Shown: positions 8,915 through 17,005, counted from the first letter of the stretch. The stretch: 20,000 bases of DNA from an uncultured virus (IMG/VR IMGVR_UViG_3300024272_005753) (IMGVR_UViG_3300024272_005753); one strand, 5' to 3'. The notes: generated from the sequence alone by a model not told the origin. Made by a program: numbers and translations.

Positions 8915-9022
8915 AATATTTTTTATATAAAAAATATTCTTGTTGCAGGGAAGCCAGCTCTGAACCCTGCGGCGGCAGAGGCTAAAAAAGAATAATAAAA
9001 ATATATAAATTATTTATTTTCT
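8915..9022. repeat. Modular intergenic repeat element, copy C
   Basis: Palindrome AATATTTTTTATATAAAAAATATT (also in copy A), GCAGGG...CAGCTC...CCCTGC hairpin, and a 26-mer identical to copy B. Confidence 0.7.
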
Positions 9023-9121
9023 GAAGAAATTATACGCCTGGCGTCTAAAGTTCTTTGTTATAATTAATAGTCTATTATTCAATATAATATAATAGATGCT
9101 ATTGAAAGGAGGATGACATTG

Positions 9122-9334
9122 ATGACTTTAATGAATGCTGATACGGAAGTGGAATTGGTTGTAAAAGAAATAAGGACGAATGACGATGAATTAAATTCTT
9201 TTTTGTTTTCTTTAGGTTGCTATGTTGGAGAAAAGATAACAATCATTACTAAGAGAAAGAGTGGCTGTGTAGTTGCCATAAAAGATTCTAGATATAACAT
9301 TGATAGACAATTGGCTGAGGCTATAATTGTTTAA
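9122..9334 (+). CDS. feoA: Ferrous iron transport protein A (orphan, no feoB nearby)
   Basis: SH3-like FeoA pattern FLFSLGCYVGEKITII...VAIKDSRYNIDRQLAEAIIV; RBS AGGAGG at 9107-9112; extended -10 TGTTATAAT at 9056-9064. Confidence 0.85.
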   Translation: MTLMNADTEVELVVKEIRTNDDELNSFLFSLGCYVGEKITIITKRKSGCVVAIKDSRYNIDRQLAEAIIV

Positions 9335-9403
9335 TTTTTTGCTGGTTGGTTAGCCGCCTCTAACTCTAAAGTGCAAATTTTGCACTTTGCAATAGAAAAA
9401 GAA

Positions 9404-9436
9404 AACTCCAAAGTATCATTATGATACTTTGGAGTG
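9404..9436. terminator. Hairpins between convergent genes (probable bidirectional terminator)
   Basis: ACTCCAAAGTATCA-TTA-TGATACTTTGGAGT, plus a second hairpin AAAGTGCAAA/TTTGCACTTT at about 9368-9388. Confidence 0.65.
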
Positions 9437-9441
9437 ATACT

Positions 9442-9852
9442 TTAGGTTAATAGTTCTGTCAAAGCATTATCCCATGTATCGAAGATATCATCGACCCAAG
9501 TGGTTAGATGCCCATCTTCATCAATTTCGGCAATAACGTCGCTGCCATCATTGAGAATATTATGAATCTTAGCACCCTGGAACTTAGCTTTTCTGATTTC
9601 TACACGCATAGCGTTGAATACATGGTCAGAATAGGTGAGAATAAATAGGTCCTTATCCTGTTCAATATGTTCCTTTACTCTCTTACGAATTTCTTCATAT
9701 AGAGTCTTAGGATGTTTTACACAATACTCGGGATAAATAATGAAATTTTCCTGAAGAATACTTCCTACGTAAATTCCATTGTCGTCGCACAACTTTGTGA
9801 AATGGTCATTCAGGCGGATGTTTGGCTGACCCGACATTAGTTCTAGCTTCAT
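9442..9852 (-). CDS. Stand-alone DUF3696-like protein (C-terminal half of AAA_15/AAA_21-type ATPases)
   Basis: IIYPEYCVKHPK (cf. IEEPEAHLHP), FILTYSDHVFNAMR (cf. IETHSDHILNGIR), IDEDGHLTTWVDDIFD (cf. IDENGxLxxWPxGFFD); no Walker A. Confidence 0.6.
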   Translation of the reverse strand: MKLELMSGQPNIRLNDHFTKLCDDNGIYVGSILQENFIIYPEYCVKHPKTLYEEIRKRVKEHIEQDKDLFILTYSDHVFNAMRVEIRKAKFQGAKIHNILNDGSDVIAEIDEDGHLTTWVDDIFDTWDNALTELLT

Positions 9853-10012
9853 ATGCAATCCTATCTCGCTTTCCTAGTATGTATGCTCTGGAGCAGTCCT
9901 TCCAGAATTCGCAATCGTCTGTATCTTTTGGGCAACCTGTACAGACTTCTTCTTTTGAAATATATTCTCCATCAGCTTCAGATAGAGTCTTTTCTATATC
10001 CCATTTACTCAT
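9806..10012 (-). CDS. Small Cys-rich hypothetical protein
   Basis: 68 aa; CTGC...CEFWKDC; overlaps the upstream gene's stop. Confidence 0.55.
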   Translation of the reverse strand: MSKWDIEKTLSEADGEYISKEEVCTGCPKDTDDCEFWKDCSRAYILGKRDRIAYEARTNVGSAKHPPE

Positions 10013-10466
10013 GATTTTCGGTTTCAGTAGCTTCCTTGGTAGCTTCTTTTAGTACCTCAGGATTTTCAATGGCCTTCTTCAGAATATCAATTACGGCCTC
10101 TTCAAAAGTCATACCTTTCTGAGTTCGATATGCTTCAATCATGGCGATAGTCTCTTCTTCAAGGTCAAGAGTAATAATTTCATATCCAGCATCAATCTTC
10201 TTGGATTCGTCCTCGATTACCTTATTGATAAACTCAATTTCTTGTTCAGAATAGTACTTCTTATCTTCATCGGTTAGATAGAATGCCTTAGCTTCCATAT
10301 AAGCAGCATGAAGTACATCTTCGAATTTATGGCAATGATAAGAATCAGGATGTTCAGGATTATAGTACTCGTTTCCTAGTAGCTTATCATGATGAATATG
10401 ATAAGGGAAAATTAGATTAAACTTAACGTTTTCTTCCATTTGGTCCATAAACAAATTATCTCGCAT
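10005..10466 (-). CDS. Hypothetical protein with C-terminal ribbon-helix-helix-like segment
   Basis: RBS AAGGAG; ITLDLEEETIAMIEAYRTQKGMTFEEAVIDIL resembles the CopG/RHH pattern. Confidence 0.6.
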   Translation of the reverse strand: MRDNLFMDQMEENVKFNLIFPYHIHHDKLLGNEYYNPEHPDSYHCHKFEDVLHAAYMEAKAFYLTDEDKKYYSEQEIEFINKVIEDESKKIDAGYEIITLDLEEETIAMIEAYRTQKGMTFEEAVIDILKKAIENPEVLKEATKEATETENHE

Positions 10467-10507
10467 ATTATTATCTCCTTTTTGGTCTCGTATTTTTTAT
10501 TGATTAT

Positions 10508-10536
10508 ATTATAACATATTCTTTAAGAAAAGTCAA
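10508..10536 (-). promoter_or_regulatory. Sigma-A promoter
   Basis: Minus strand TTGACT-17 nt-TATAAT with ATATGT extension, almost identical to 3963-3991. Confidence 0.85.
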
Positions 10537-10549
10537 ACATTTTAGAATA

Positions 10550-10582
10550 AAAAAATCCTGAATCTATAGATTCAGGATTTTT
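10550..10582 (-). terminator. Intrinsic terminator of the DUF4349 gene
   Basis: AAAAATCCTGAATCTATAGATTCAGGATTTTT palindrome flanked by A/T runs. Confidence 0.75.
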
Positions 10583-10590
10583 CTTATATA

Positions 10591-11670
10591 TTATTTATTT
10601 TCGTTAGTTTCATTATTGTTTTGAACTTCTTTTGTAATTTCATTCATTTGTTTAATTGCTTCTTCTCTCTTAGCAATCTTTTTTGCTTTTCTCTTTTTTC
10701 TTACCTTTAAGACAATAAGTAAGATAATAAGTAAGATAACTAGATATGGGAACATATAAATGAATGCGAAGAGAGCATCCTTGCTCCAATCAGTAAATTC
10801 ATCAGCAGAATCTTTAATTGTTTCAACTAACTCTTCGAAGAAGTTTGTAGGTTCCATAGTAGATGTATCATAATGAACCACTTGTTCAAGATTTAAATTG
10901 ACGGTTGAATAATCAACTTGGGAATCAATAAATCTCATTTCTTTAGTCAAAGACTCAATTTCATATCTGATATTAGCTAGCTGATTTTCAATCTGGAGCA
11001 TCACTTCTACAGATTGTGCGTTAGCAAGTAATTCATATAATCTTTCTTCTTGAATTCTCAAGCTATTAATTCTACTTTCTTTATCGTAATAAGCAGTGGA
11101 GTAGTCAGTGCTGCTCTTATTAAGATTATTAATATAGATATTTTCACTTTCTAATCCAGACAAAAATTCTTGATATTTAGAACTGGGGATTCTAATTTTC
11201 ATCTCTAGGGTTGTGCGAGTATAACCATAATCAAATCCACCATTTTTATAAGAATATTCGGATTCAACATATCCACCCATGTCAGAAATCATCTTATTAA
11301 TATCTTTTTGTGCTTGGGTCATGTCTTTGGTTTGGGCATCTATATTTGCAGTATATACTAATTTACGCTCAAGATAATTCTCTTTTGGATTTTCAATCTC
11401 TGTTTCTGGGGTTTCGACAGGTTTCATGCTAGGTTCTTGTGGAGCATAATAATCATCAGTTACTATAGACTCTGATTTATTAGATGTAAATCCATCAAAT
11501 ATTCCTCCAAGTCCAGCATTACTATCAGCAGAAACACCACCCATAACATTTAGGCTGTCTCCTCCAGAGAAGCCATTATCATAGGATGGCGCAGAAGCAC
11601 CGCAACCAGTTAACAGGCTCATAAGCATTATAGAAACTACAAATAGAGATAGCAATTTTTTATTTTTCAT
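10591..11670 (-). CDS. DUF4349 domain lipoprotein with C-terminal TM helix
   Basis: Lipobox LLTGC; RKLVYTANI, GGYVESE, IRIPS, LQIENQLANIRYEIESL, QVDYSTVNL motifs; hydrophobic C-terminal helix followed by a basic tract; RBS AGGAGG. Confidence 0.85.
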   Translation of the reverse strand: MKNKKLLSLFVVSIMLMSLLTGCGASAPSYDNGFSGGDSLNVMGGVSADSNAGLGGIFDGFTSNKSESIVTDDYYAPQEPSMKPVETPETEIENPKENYLERKLVYTANIDAQTKDMTQAQKDINKMISDMGGYVESEYSYKNGGFDYGYTRTTLEMKIRIPSSKYQEFLSGLESENIYINNLNKSSTDYSTAYYDKESRINSLRIQEERLYELLANAQSVEVMLQIENQLANIRYEIESLTKEMRFIDSQVDYSTVNLNLEQVVHYDTSTMEPTNFFEELVETIKDSADEFTDWSKDALFAFIYMFPYLVILLIILLIVLKVRKKRKAKKIAKREEAIKQMNEITKEVQNNNETNENK

Positions 11671-11715
11671 ATTAATTGCCTCCTTTTCTATTAAGTATTG
11701 TTATATTTTACGGAC

Positions 11716-11744
11716 TTGTCTTTTTCTTTATTATATGTTATAAT
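11716..11744 (+). promoter_or_regulatory. Sigma-A promoter
   Basis: TTGTCT-17 nt-TATAAT with ATATGT extension. Confidence 0.75.
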
Positions 11745-11852
11745 TATGTATAGTAAATATAAACTATGCTTAATTAGAATATAATTAAATATGTCAAATA
11801 AGCATGGCAGAGATAATAATCAATCTTTTAATTTTGGGAAGGAGAAAATAAC

Positions 11853-12503
11853 ATGTCTGAGTTTGTAAAGGTTGACGGGCTCAACAAGAAGGGCGAAGAC
11901 CTTCTGGAAGCGTACAAGATTTATATGGCGAAGGAGCTCCCTGAGATTGTGCTTGCTGGTACTAAGCAGGTGCTGATGACTGAAAAGTCTAAGGCTGTTC
12001 GTGATGCTATTCGTGAGGAAGTTAGTGTCGACGAGTTCGAAAATGTTCTTCGTAGTTACAAGGCGTATATGAAGGGCGATGCTGAATTCGTTGGAGATGC
12101 TATGGCATATGTTCAGGAGACCATGGGTGAAAGCAATAAGTATACCATTGTCAGAAAGGGCAATAGCGTAGTCGTACAGCGGCGAGTTGGTATCAAGGCA
12201 AGTGAAGTAGCTGAGCTTTTTGGTGTCACTCCTACTAAGGCTACCACACTTGTTAATAATGGTTTCATTGAGACCTTTGTTGATACCTATATTCGTAAGA
12301 AGGTTAATCTGGTAGTCAACAAGTACGAAGCGCTGCTCGATGGGGTTAAGGTAAAGACTTCTGATGTGTACAAGGTCGATGGCCGTAAGCTATTCGATAT
12401 TGACGTAGATTTCTATATTTCTCCGTCTGAGCTTAACAGTGATACCTGTGAAAAGCTTAATCGCGTGCTGGAAGCAATCGAAAAGGAAGTTGTCGTCATG
12501 TAA
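11853..12503 (+). CDS. Hypothetical protein, possible central helix-turn-helix
   Basis: RBS AAGGAG; KASEVAELFGVTPTKATTLV is HTH-like. Confidence 0.65.
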   Translation: MSEFVKVDGLNKKGEDLLEAYKIYMAKELPEIVLAGTKQVLMTEKSKAVRDAIREEVSVDEFENVLRSYKAYMKGDAEFVGDAMAYVQETMGESNKYTIVRKGNSVVVQRRVGIKASEVAELFGVTPTKATTLVNNGFIETFVDTYIRKKVNLVVNKYEALLDGVKVKTSDVYKVDGRKLFDIDVDFYISPSELNSDTCEKLNRVLEAIEKEVVVM

Positions 12504-12516
12504 GGAGGGGTTAGAT

Positions 12517-12708
12517 GTGGAAGATGTTATGGAGACATGTTGGATAGATTCTGTCACAATGTGTCCTCGAGGATATAGATGTGAGGGATGTCCTAAGGAT
12601 ATTTCTCGAGACAAGTTGCCGATTAATGTTAATATTAAAGAAATTAACAAAATTGACACAAAAATCAACATTCTTGAGAAGATTAACAAGTTTCCGAGGA
12701 ATAATTAG
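12517..12708 (+). CDS. Small Cys-rich hypothetical protein
   Basis: RBS AAGGAGG at about 12502-12508, GTG at 12517 in the frame of the 12439..12708 ORF; C-x7-C-x5-C-x2-C. Confidence 0.5.
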   Translation: MEDVMETCWIDSVTMCPRGYRCEGCPKDISRDKLPINVNIKEINKIDTKINILEKINKFPRNN

Positions 12709-12740
12709 CCCCTGGTTTTGCTATCATTTATTAATGCTTA

Positions 12741-12779
12741 TCGGGCCCGTTTGCTGTTGCAGATGGACCCGAGTTTTTT
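12741..12779 (+). terminator. Intrinsic terminator
   Basis: TCGGGCCCGTTTGC/GCAGATGGACCCGA imperfect stem followed by T6. Confidence 0.6.
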
Positions 12780-12811
12780 GAAAAAATATTTTATAAGAGA
12801 GGTTTTATTTT

Positions 12812-13834
12812 ATGAATATCGATGATTATCGATTTATTGGAGAAGACAAATTTAAAATTAAAAAGTTTAAGACAAATGATAAGGGCGAATTCAAGAGTCG
12901 AGAAGATGCCGTTGAAGAATTCGTTTCTAATTTAAACGAAATCAATCGCCTGCAGCAGAAGCTTTATGCTGAACGTAAAGAGGGCGTTGTATTTATCTTT
13001 CAGGCAATGGATGCTGCTGGCAAGGATGGCGTAATTCGTACAGTATTTAGTACTTTAACTCCTCATGGCGTTAAGGAATATTGCTTTAAAGTTCCTTCCG
13101 CAGAAGAGGCTTCTCATGATTACTTGTGGAGATTTTGGCCTGCACTGCCTGCGCGTGGGCATATTTCTATCTTTAATCGCAGTTATTACGAAGATGTATT
13201 AATTGGAAAAGTACATAAGCTCTATGAAAATCAATCTCGTCCTGATAGATTAAAGGATGTTGATGTAATTAAACAGCGTTATAAGGAAATTAAAGATTTT
13301 GAGAAATATCTTTATAATAATGGTACCAGGGTTGTTAAGATTTTCTTAAATGTATCTAAGGATGAACAGGCCAAGAGATTTATTTCTCGAATTGATACTC
13401 CTAAAAAGAATTGGAAGATTTCTGCTGGGGATATTAAGGAAAGAGAATATTGGGATGAATACCAAGATGCCTTTGAGAAGATGATTAATAAGACATCTAC
13501 AGATTATAGTCCTTGGTATGTTGTACCTGCTGACCACAAGTGGTTTGCTCGTCTATTGGTTTCTCGTATTGTTCTTGAAACACTAAAAGAAATGGACCCT
13601 CATTTCCCTCGTATTTCTGCTGAAGAAATGGAAGATATTTATGCTTATCGTAAGAGCTTAGTTGATAGTCTTGAAGACAAGACTGGATATGAAGAAGCTC
13701 CCGATTCTGTTTTTAATAAAACTTGTGAATTGGTAATGGATAACATTGCTGAAGAAGAAATGCAAAAAATCAAAGAAAAAGAATCGGAAAATAAGAAAGA
13801 AAATTCTAAAAACGGTCAGCAACCCCATGCCTGA
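12812..13834 (+). CDS. ppk2: Polyphosphate kinase 2 family protein (class III-like); last 6 codons come from the IscB element
   Basis: Walker A FQAMDAAGKDG, FKVPSAEE, HDYLWR, Walker B IFNRSYYEDV, KNWKISAGD, PWYVVPADHKWFARL. Confidence 0.92.
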   Translation: MNIDDYRFIGEDKFKIKKFKTNDKGEFKSREDAVEEFVSNLNEINRLQQKLYAERKEGVVFIFQAMDAAGKDGVIRTVFSTLTPHGVKEYCFKVPSAEEASHDYLWRFWPALPARGHISIFNRSYYEDVLIGKVHKLYENQSRPDRLKDVDVIKQRYKEIKDFEKYLYNNGTRVVKIFLNVSKDEQAKRFISRIDTPKKNWKISAGDIKEREYWDEYQDAFEKMINKTSTDYSPWYVVPADHKWFARLLVSRIVLETLKEMDPHFPRISAEEMEDIYAYRKSLVDSLEDKTGYEEAPDSVFNKTCELVMDNIAEEEMQKIKEKESENKKENSKNGQQPHA

Positions 13835-14100
13835 AGGCAGGGGCTTGTAAAAGCCCTTTACTGACTAGCCTAAGTTTTAACTAACTACGTTATAGTAGAA
13901 TAGCAGTTTTTTAACAGCTGCCACAATAGTTACCAGTGGGTGTTTGACCTAGCCCACTGCTCTAAGAATAGTCATTAAACAGTTCTGAAGGGTAGGAGCA
14001 GTGTGGCTATTAGAAAACCTACTATAACATTGGCGAAGGTCAACTTACCTCACTTTGGTGAGTGTGGCAGCTGTGTTCTTTGTTTTAGCTGCTATTCTAT
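13815..14100 (+). ncRNA. omegaRNA (HEARO-like) scaffold; 5' guide comes from the upstream ppk2 flank
   Basis: Typical motifs GGGGCTTG...AAGCCC, GACTAGCCTAAG, CTACGTT, CCTAGCC...CTCT, AACATTGGCGAAGG; stem GTTATAGTAG (13889-13898)/CTACTATAAC (14019-14028); directly upstream of iscB. Confidence 0.85.
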
Positions 14101-14134
14101 TTTTTATTATTTTTATTAGAAAGGAGACGCACTT

Positions 14135-15376
14135 ATGGTATATGTATTAGACTGTAATAATAAGCCTATAATGCCTACAAAAGACCACGGCAAAGTGCGT
14201 CTTCTACTAAAGACTAAAAAAGCCGTGGTCGTTAATAATTGTCCTTTTACTATTAAACTTAAATCCAGAAGCAAAACTTATACTCAACCTGTTACTTTGG
14301 GAGTCGATTCTGGTTCTAAAGTAATTGGACTTTCTGCTTCTACTGAAAAGGAAGAACTATATGCAGCAGAAGTTCAATTACGTACTGATATAGTAGAATT
14401 ACTTTCTACTAAAAGAGAATTTAGACATGCTAGGCGCAATAGAAAAACTCGTTACAGAAAACCTAGGTTCAATAACCGTAAGTCTTCTAAAAAAGAAGGC
14501 TGGTTAGCGCCTAGCATTCAACATAAAATAACCAGTCATTTAAAAGTAATTGCTAATATACATAAGTTACTGCCAATTACAAAAACCATAGTAGAAGTTG
14601 CCAGCTTTGATATACAGCAAATAAACAATCCTACCATAAGTGGAACTGGTTATCAAAGTGGAGAACAACTAGGTTTTTGGAATGTCAGAGAATATGTTTT
14701 ATTTAGAGATGGTCACATTTGTCAATGTTGTCATGGCAAGTCTAAAGACAAAAGACTAAATGTTCATCATATAGAAAGTCGTAAGACTGGTGGTAATGCA
14801 CCTAATAACTTAATAACACTCTGTGAAACTTGCCATGACAAATACCATAAAGGCGAACTAAACTTACCTAAAACTATAAAACGAGGTATGTCCTTTAGAG
14901 ATGCCGCTTTTATGAGTATTATGCGTTGGGAATTATATAATAACCTAAAGGAAAATTACCCAAATGTATATTTGACTTATGGCTATATAACTAAACATAT
15001 AAGAATAACAAACTCTTTACCAAAGACACATGCAATTGATGCTTTGTGTATAGCAGGTAATCCAAGTGCTAACAGATTAGATAAGTATTATCTAATAAGG
15101 AAAGTACGTTGTCATAATAGACAGCTACACAAAGCAACAATTAATAAAAACAATGTACGTAAACTAAATCAAGCACCCAAGTATGTATTTGGTTTTCAAC
15201 TATTTGACAAAGTCAAATACAAAGGAGAAATTGCATTTATATATGGAAGACGAAGTAGTGGCAGTTTCGACATAAGGAAACTAAATGGTACTAAACTAAA
15301 CGCAGGTGTTTCTTATAAGAAGTTAAGACTAATTAATAAAAGAAAAAGCTACTTAATAGAAGTGACTTCAAGATAA
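14135..15376 (+). CDS. iscB: RNA-guided endonuclease IscB
   Basis: N-terminal PLMP motif (PIMP), RuvC-I LGVDSGS, Arg-rich bridge helix RRNRKTRYRKPRF, RuvC-II VEVASFD, HNH (CQCC...HHI...NNLITLCETCH), RuvC-III HAIDA; 413 aa; RBS AAGGAG. Confidence 0.95.
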   Translation: MVYVLDCNNKPIMPTKDHGKVRLLLKTKKAVVVNNCPFTIKLKSRSKTYTQPVTLGVDSGSKVIGLSASTEKEELYAAEVQLRTDIVELLSTKREFRHARRNRKTRYRKPRFNNRKSSKKEGWLAPSIQHKITSHLKVIANIHKLLPITKTIVEVASFDIQQINNPTISGTGYQSGEQLGFWNVREYVLFRDGHICQCCHGKSKDKRLNVHHIESRKTGGNAPNNLITLCETCHDKYHKGELNLPKTIKRGMSFRDAAFMSIMRWELYNNLKENYPNVYLTYGYITKHIRITNSLPKTHAIDALCIAGNPSANRLDKYYLIRKVRCHNRQLHKATINKNNVRKLNQAPKYVFGFQLFDKVKYKGEIAFIYGRRSSGSFDIRKLNGTKLNAGVSYKKLRLINKRKSYLIEVTSR

Positions 15377-15451
15377 AAATAAAAAACAAGCGGCTCCTCC
15401 CCATGGATAAATCCAGGGGTTTCCGCCGCTAATGTTTCGATGAATAATACT

Positions 15452-15480
15452 AATGCCGCCAATTGGCGGCATTTTTTGTT
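15452..15480 (+). terminator. Intrinsic terminator (original ppk2 terminator, now downstream of the IscB element)
   Basis: AATGCCGCC-AATT-GGCGGCATT followed by a T run, 4 nt after the reconstructed ppk2 stop (TAA 15445-15447). Confidence 0.8.
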
Positions 15481-15605
15481 AAACAATGTATAAGACTTTT
15501 TGCATCTTTATATCAAATATCTGTTACGTATAGATAAAGAACCTATTTACTTTTTGTATAAATAATTGTATTATTATATATATTTTATACAAAGGAGTTT
15601 TGACT

Positions 15606-15887
15606 ATGGTTACCAAAGATAGTATAAAGCAATTAGTGGAGTATCATGAAGAATATTTTGAAAAACAAGTTATTGAAGATGTTATGGAAGAGTTTGAGTT
15701 CGATAAGGCTAGATTAGAAGATGAAAATTTAGATAAATTATCGGAAGAAGATTTGTTTAGTACTTATGCTGATATTGTATATTTCCTTGTTAGTGGTCTT
15801 GGTATTGACTTCGAGACGATGTACGATGTTTTGCATGATGTCATGGGATTGGGTCAAAAAGACGTAGAGAATCTACTTGATTGGTAA
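15606..15887 (+). CDS. Small acidic hypothetical protein
   Basis: RBS AAGGAG 8 nt before ATG 15606; putative promoter TTTACT-17-TATTAT at 15546-15574; very D/E-rich. Confidence 0.7.
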   Translation: MVTKDSIKQLVEYHEEYFEKQVIEDVMEEFEFDKARLEDENLDKLSEEDLFSTYADIVYFLVSGLGIDFETMYDVLHDVMGLGQKDVENLLDW

Positions 15888-15890
15888 AAT

Positions 15891-15927
15891 AAAAATACAC
15901 ACAACTTTAAGTTGTGTGTATTTTTTT
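15891..15927. terminator. Bidirectional terminator
   Basis: AAAAATACACACAACT-TTA-AGTTGTGTGTATTTTT between convergent genes. Confidence 0.75.
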
Positions 15928-17004
15928 ATACATACATATTCTAGGTTCGTTATTATCGAAGTCCCAAGTGTGCCATCCATTTCCATCGCATTCTCGAGCA
16001 AATTCACAATTTTTGCACGTAGAACTCTTATTTGCTTTTGGATTTCGGAATATTTCAAATTTATTTTTCCAAACATCATAGAGATTGTCTTTCTTTATAT
16101 TTCCGAATACCAGGTCGGGTCTTCTTTCAATATCTAAACAAGCACTAATATCTCCATTATGTTGTATAGCTGCTACTTTAATTCCTGCTTCACAAGAGAA
16201 AAACCAATCTCTTACTTCGTATTCATATTCAAGCCCTAAAAAATAGTTGCAGCTATAAATAATGGGGAGTTCTTTTGTTGAGTTAGTTTTTATATAATCT
16301 AGGATATATTTGTAATCTTTATCGTCTAGCAAGATGTCTTTATTTGTTAAGGCTTTTCCGATTGGGTCAACATTAATAACTCTCCAAATATCCACATTTA
16401 AACTTTTCACAATTTCTTTTATTTGGTCCAGTTCGTGTAAATTTCTTTTATGAACCACTGTGGTGACCATGATGTTGGCAATATCTACTTCCACAAGGTT
16501 TTTGATGCCTTCAATAGCTGTTTTATAACCAGTATTGGTTTGTCTGAACCAGTTATGGGTTTCTTCTAATCCATCCAAACTTACACTTACAGAATATAAT
16601 CCTGCCGCCTTAAATTCAGCGGCTTTTTCTTTTGTCATAAGTGTAGCGTTTGTAGTCATTCCCCAAATATATCCCATATCATTAATTTTCCTCATAAGCT
16701 CTGGCAAATTCTTTTTAAGAAGAGGTTCTCCACCAGTCACTGTTATGAACGGTAATTTTTTATCTTTTAAATCTTCTTTTAATTGTTTTAAACAATTAAG
16801 TATTTCTTCGTCTGTTAAAGACTCAATAATATCTTTGTTTTTATTGTAATCACAGCTGCTGCCACAATGCAAACAATTTTCATTACATTTTTGAGTTATT
16901 TCGATAAATAATGTATGAAGTTGGGGATGTTCTCTTAAAAATTCTCTATATAAAACTATTTCCTTAAATCTTGCGCATTTAAGTTTATCATAAATATTTG
17001 ACAT
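15907..17004 (-). CDS. Radical SAM/SPASM domain enzyme (TIGR04133-like / splicease-like)
   Basis: CNENCLHCGSSC (CxxxCxxC), TGGEP, TTNA, SVSLDG, SPASM Cys set CEAG...GDISAC...FGNI...CKNCEFARECDGNG...C. Confidence 0.9.
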   Translation of the reverse strand: MSNIYDKLKCARFKEIVLYREFLREHPQLHTLFIEITQKCNENCLHCGSSCDYNKNKDIIESLTDEEILNCLKQLKEDLKDKKLPFITVTGGEPLLKKNLPELMRKINDMGYIWGMTTNATLMTKEKAAEFKAAGLYSVSVSLDGLEETHNWFRQTNTGYKTAIEGIKNLVEVDIANIMVTTVVHKRNLHELDQIKEIVKSLNVDIWRVINVDPIGKALTNKDILLDDKDYKYILDYIKTNSTKELPIIYSCNYFLGLEYEYEVRDWFFSCEAGIKVAAIQHNGDISACLDIERRPDLVFGNIKKDNLYDVWKNKFEIFRNPKANKSSTCKNCEFARECDGNGWHTWDFDNNEPRICMYKKIHTT

Positions 17005-17005
17005 A

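Larger units (their letters stand above)
13815..15439 (+). mobile_element. Non-autonomous IS200/IS605-superfamily IscB (OMEGA) element, about 1625 bp, no tnpA
   Basis: Left end GTCAGCAACCCCATGCCTGAAGGCAGGGGCTTG; right-end hairpin CCCCATGGATAAATCCAGGGG...CCGCCGC; excision restores ppk2 AAC GAT GAA TAA. Boundary is ambiguous by 2 nt (CG on both sides). Confidence 0.88.

Noticed and set aside
13811..15441. Target-site duplication or tnpA for the IscB element
   Set aside because: Only a 2-nt CG microhomology is present, IS200/IS605 elements make no TSD, and no Y1 transposase ORF is in the window.
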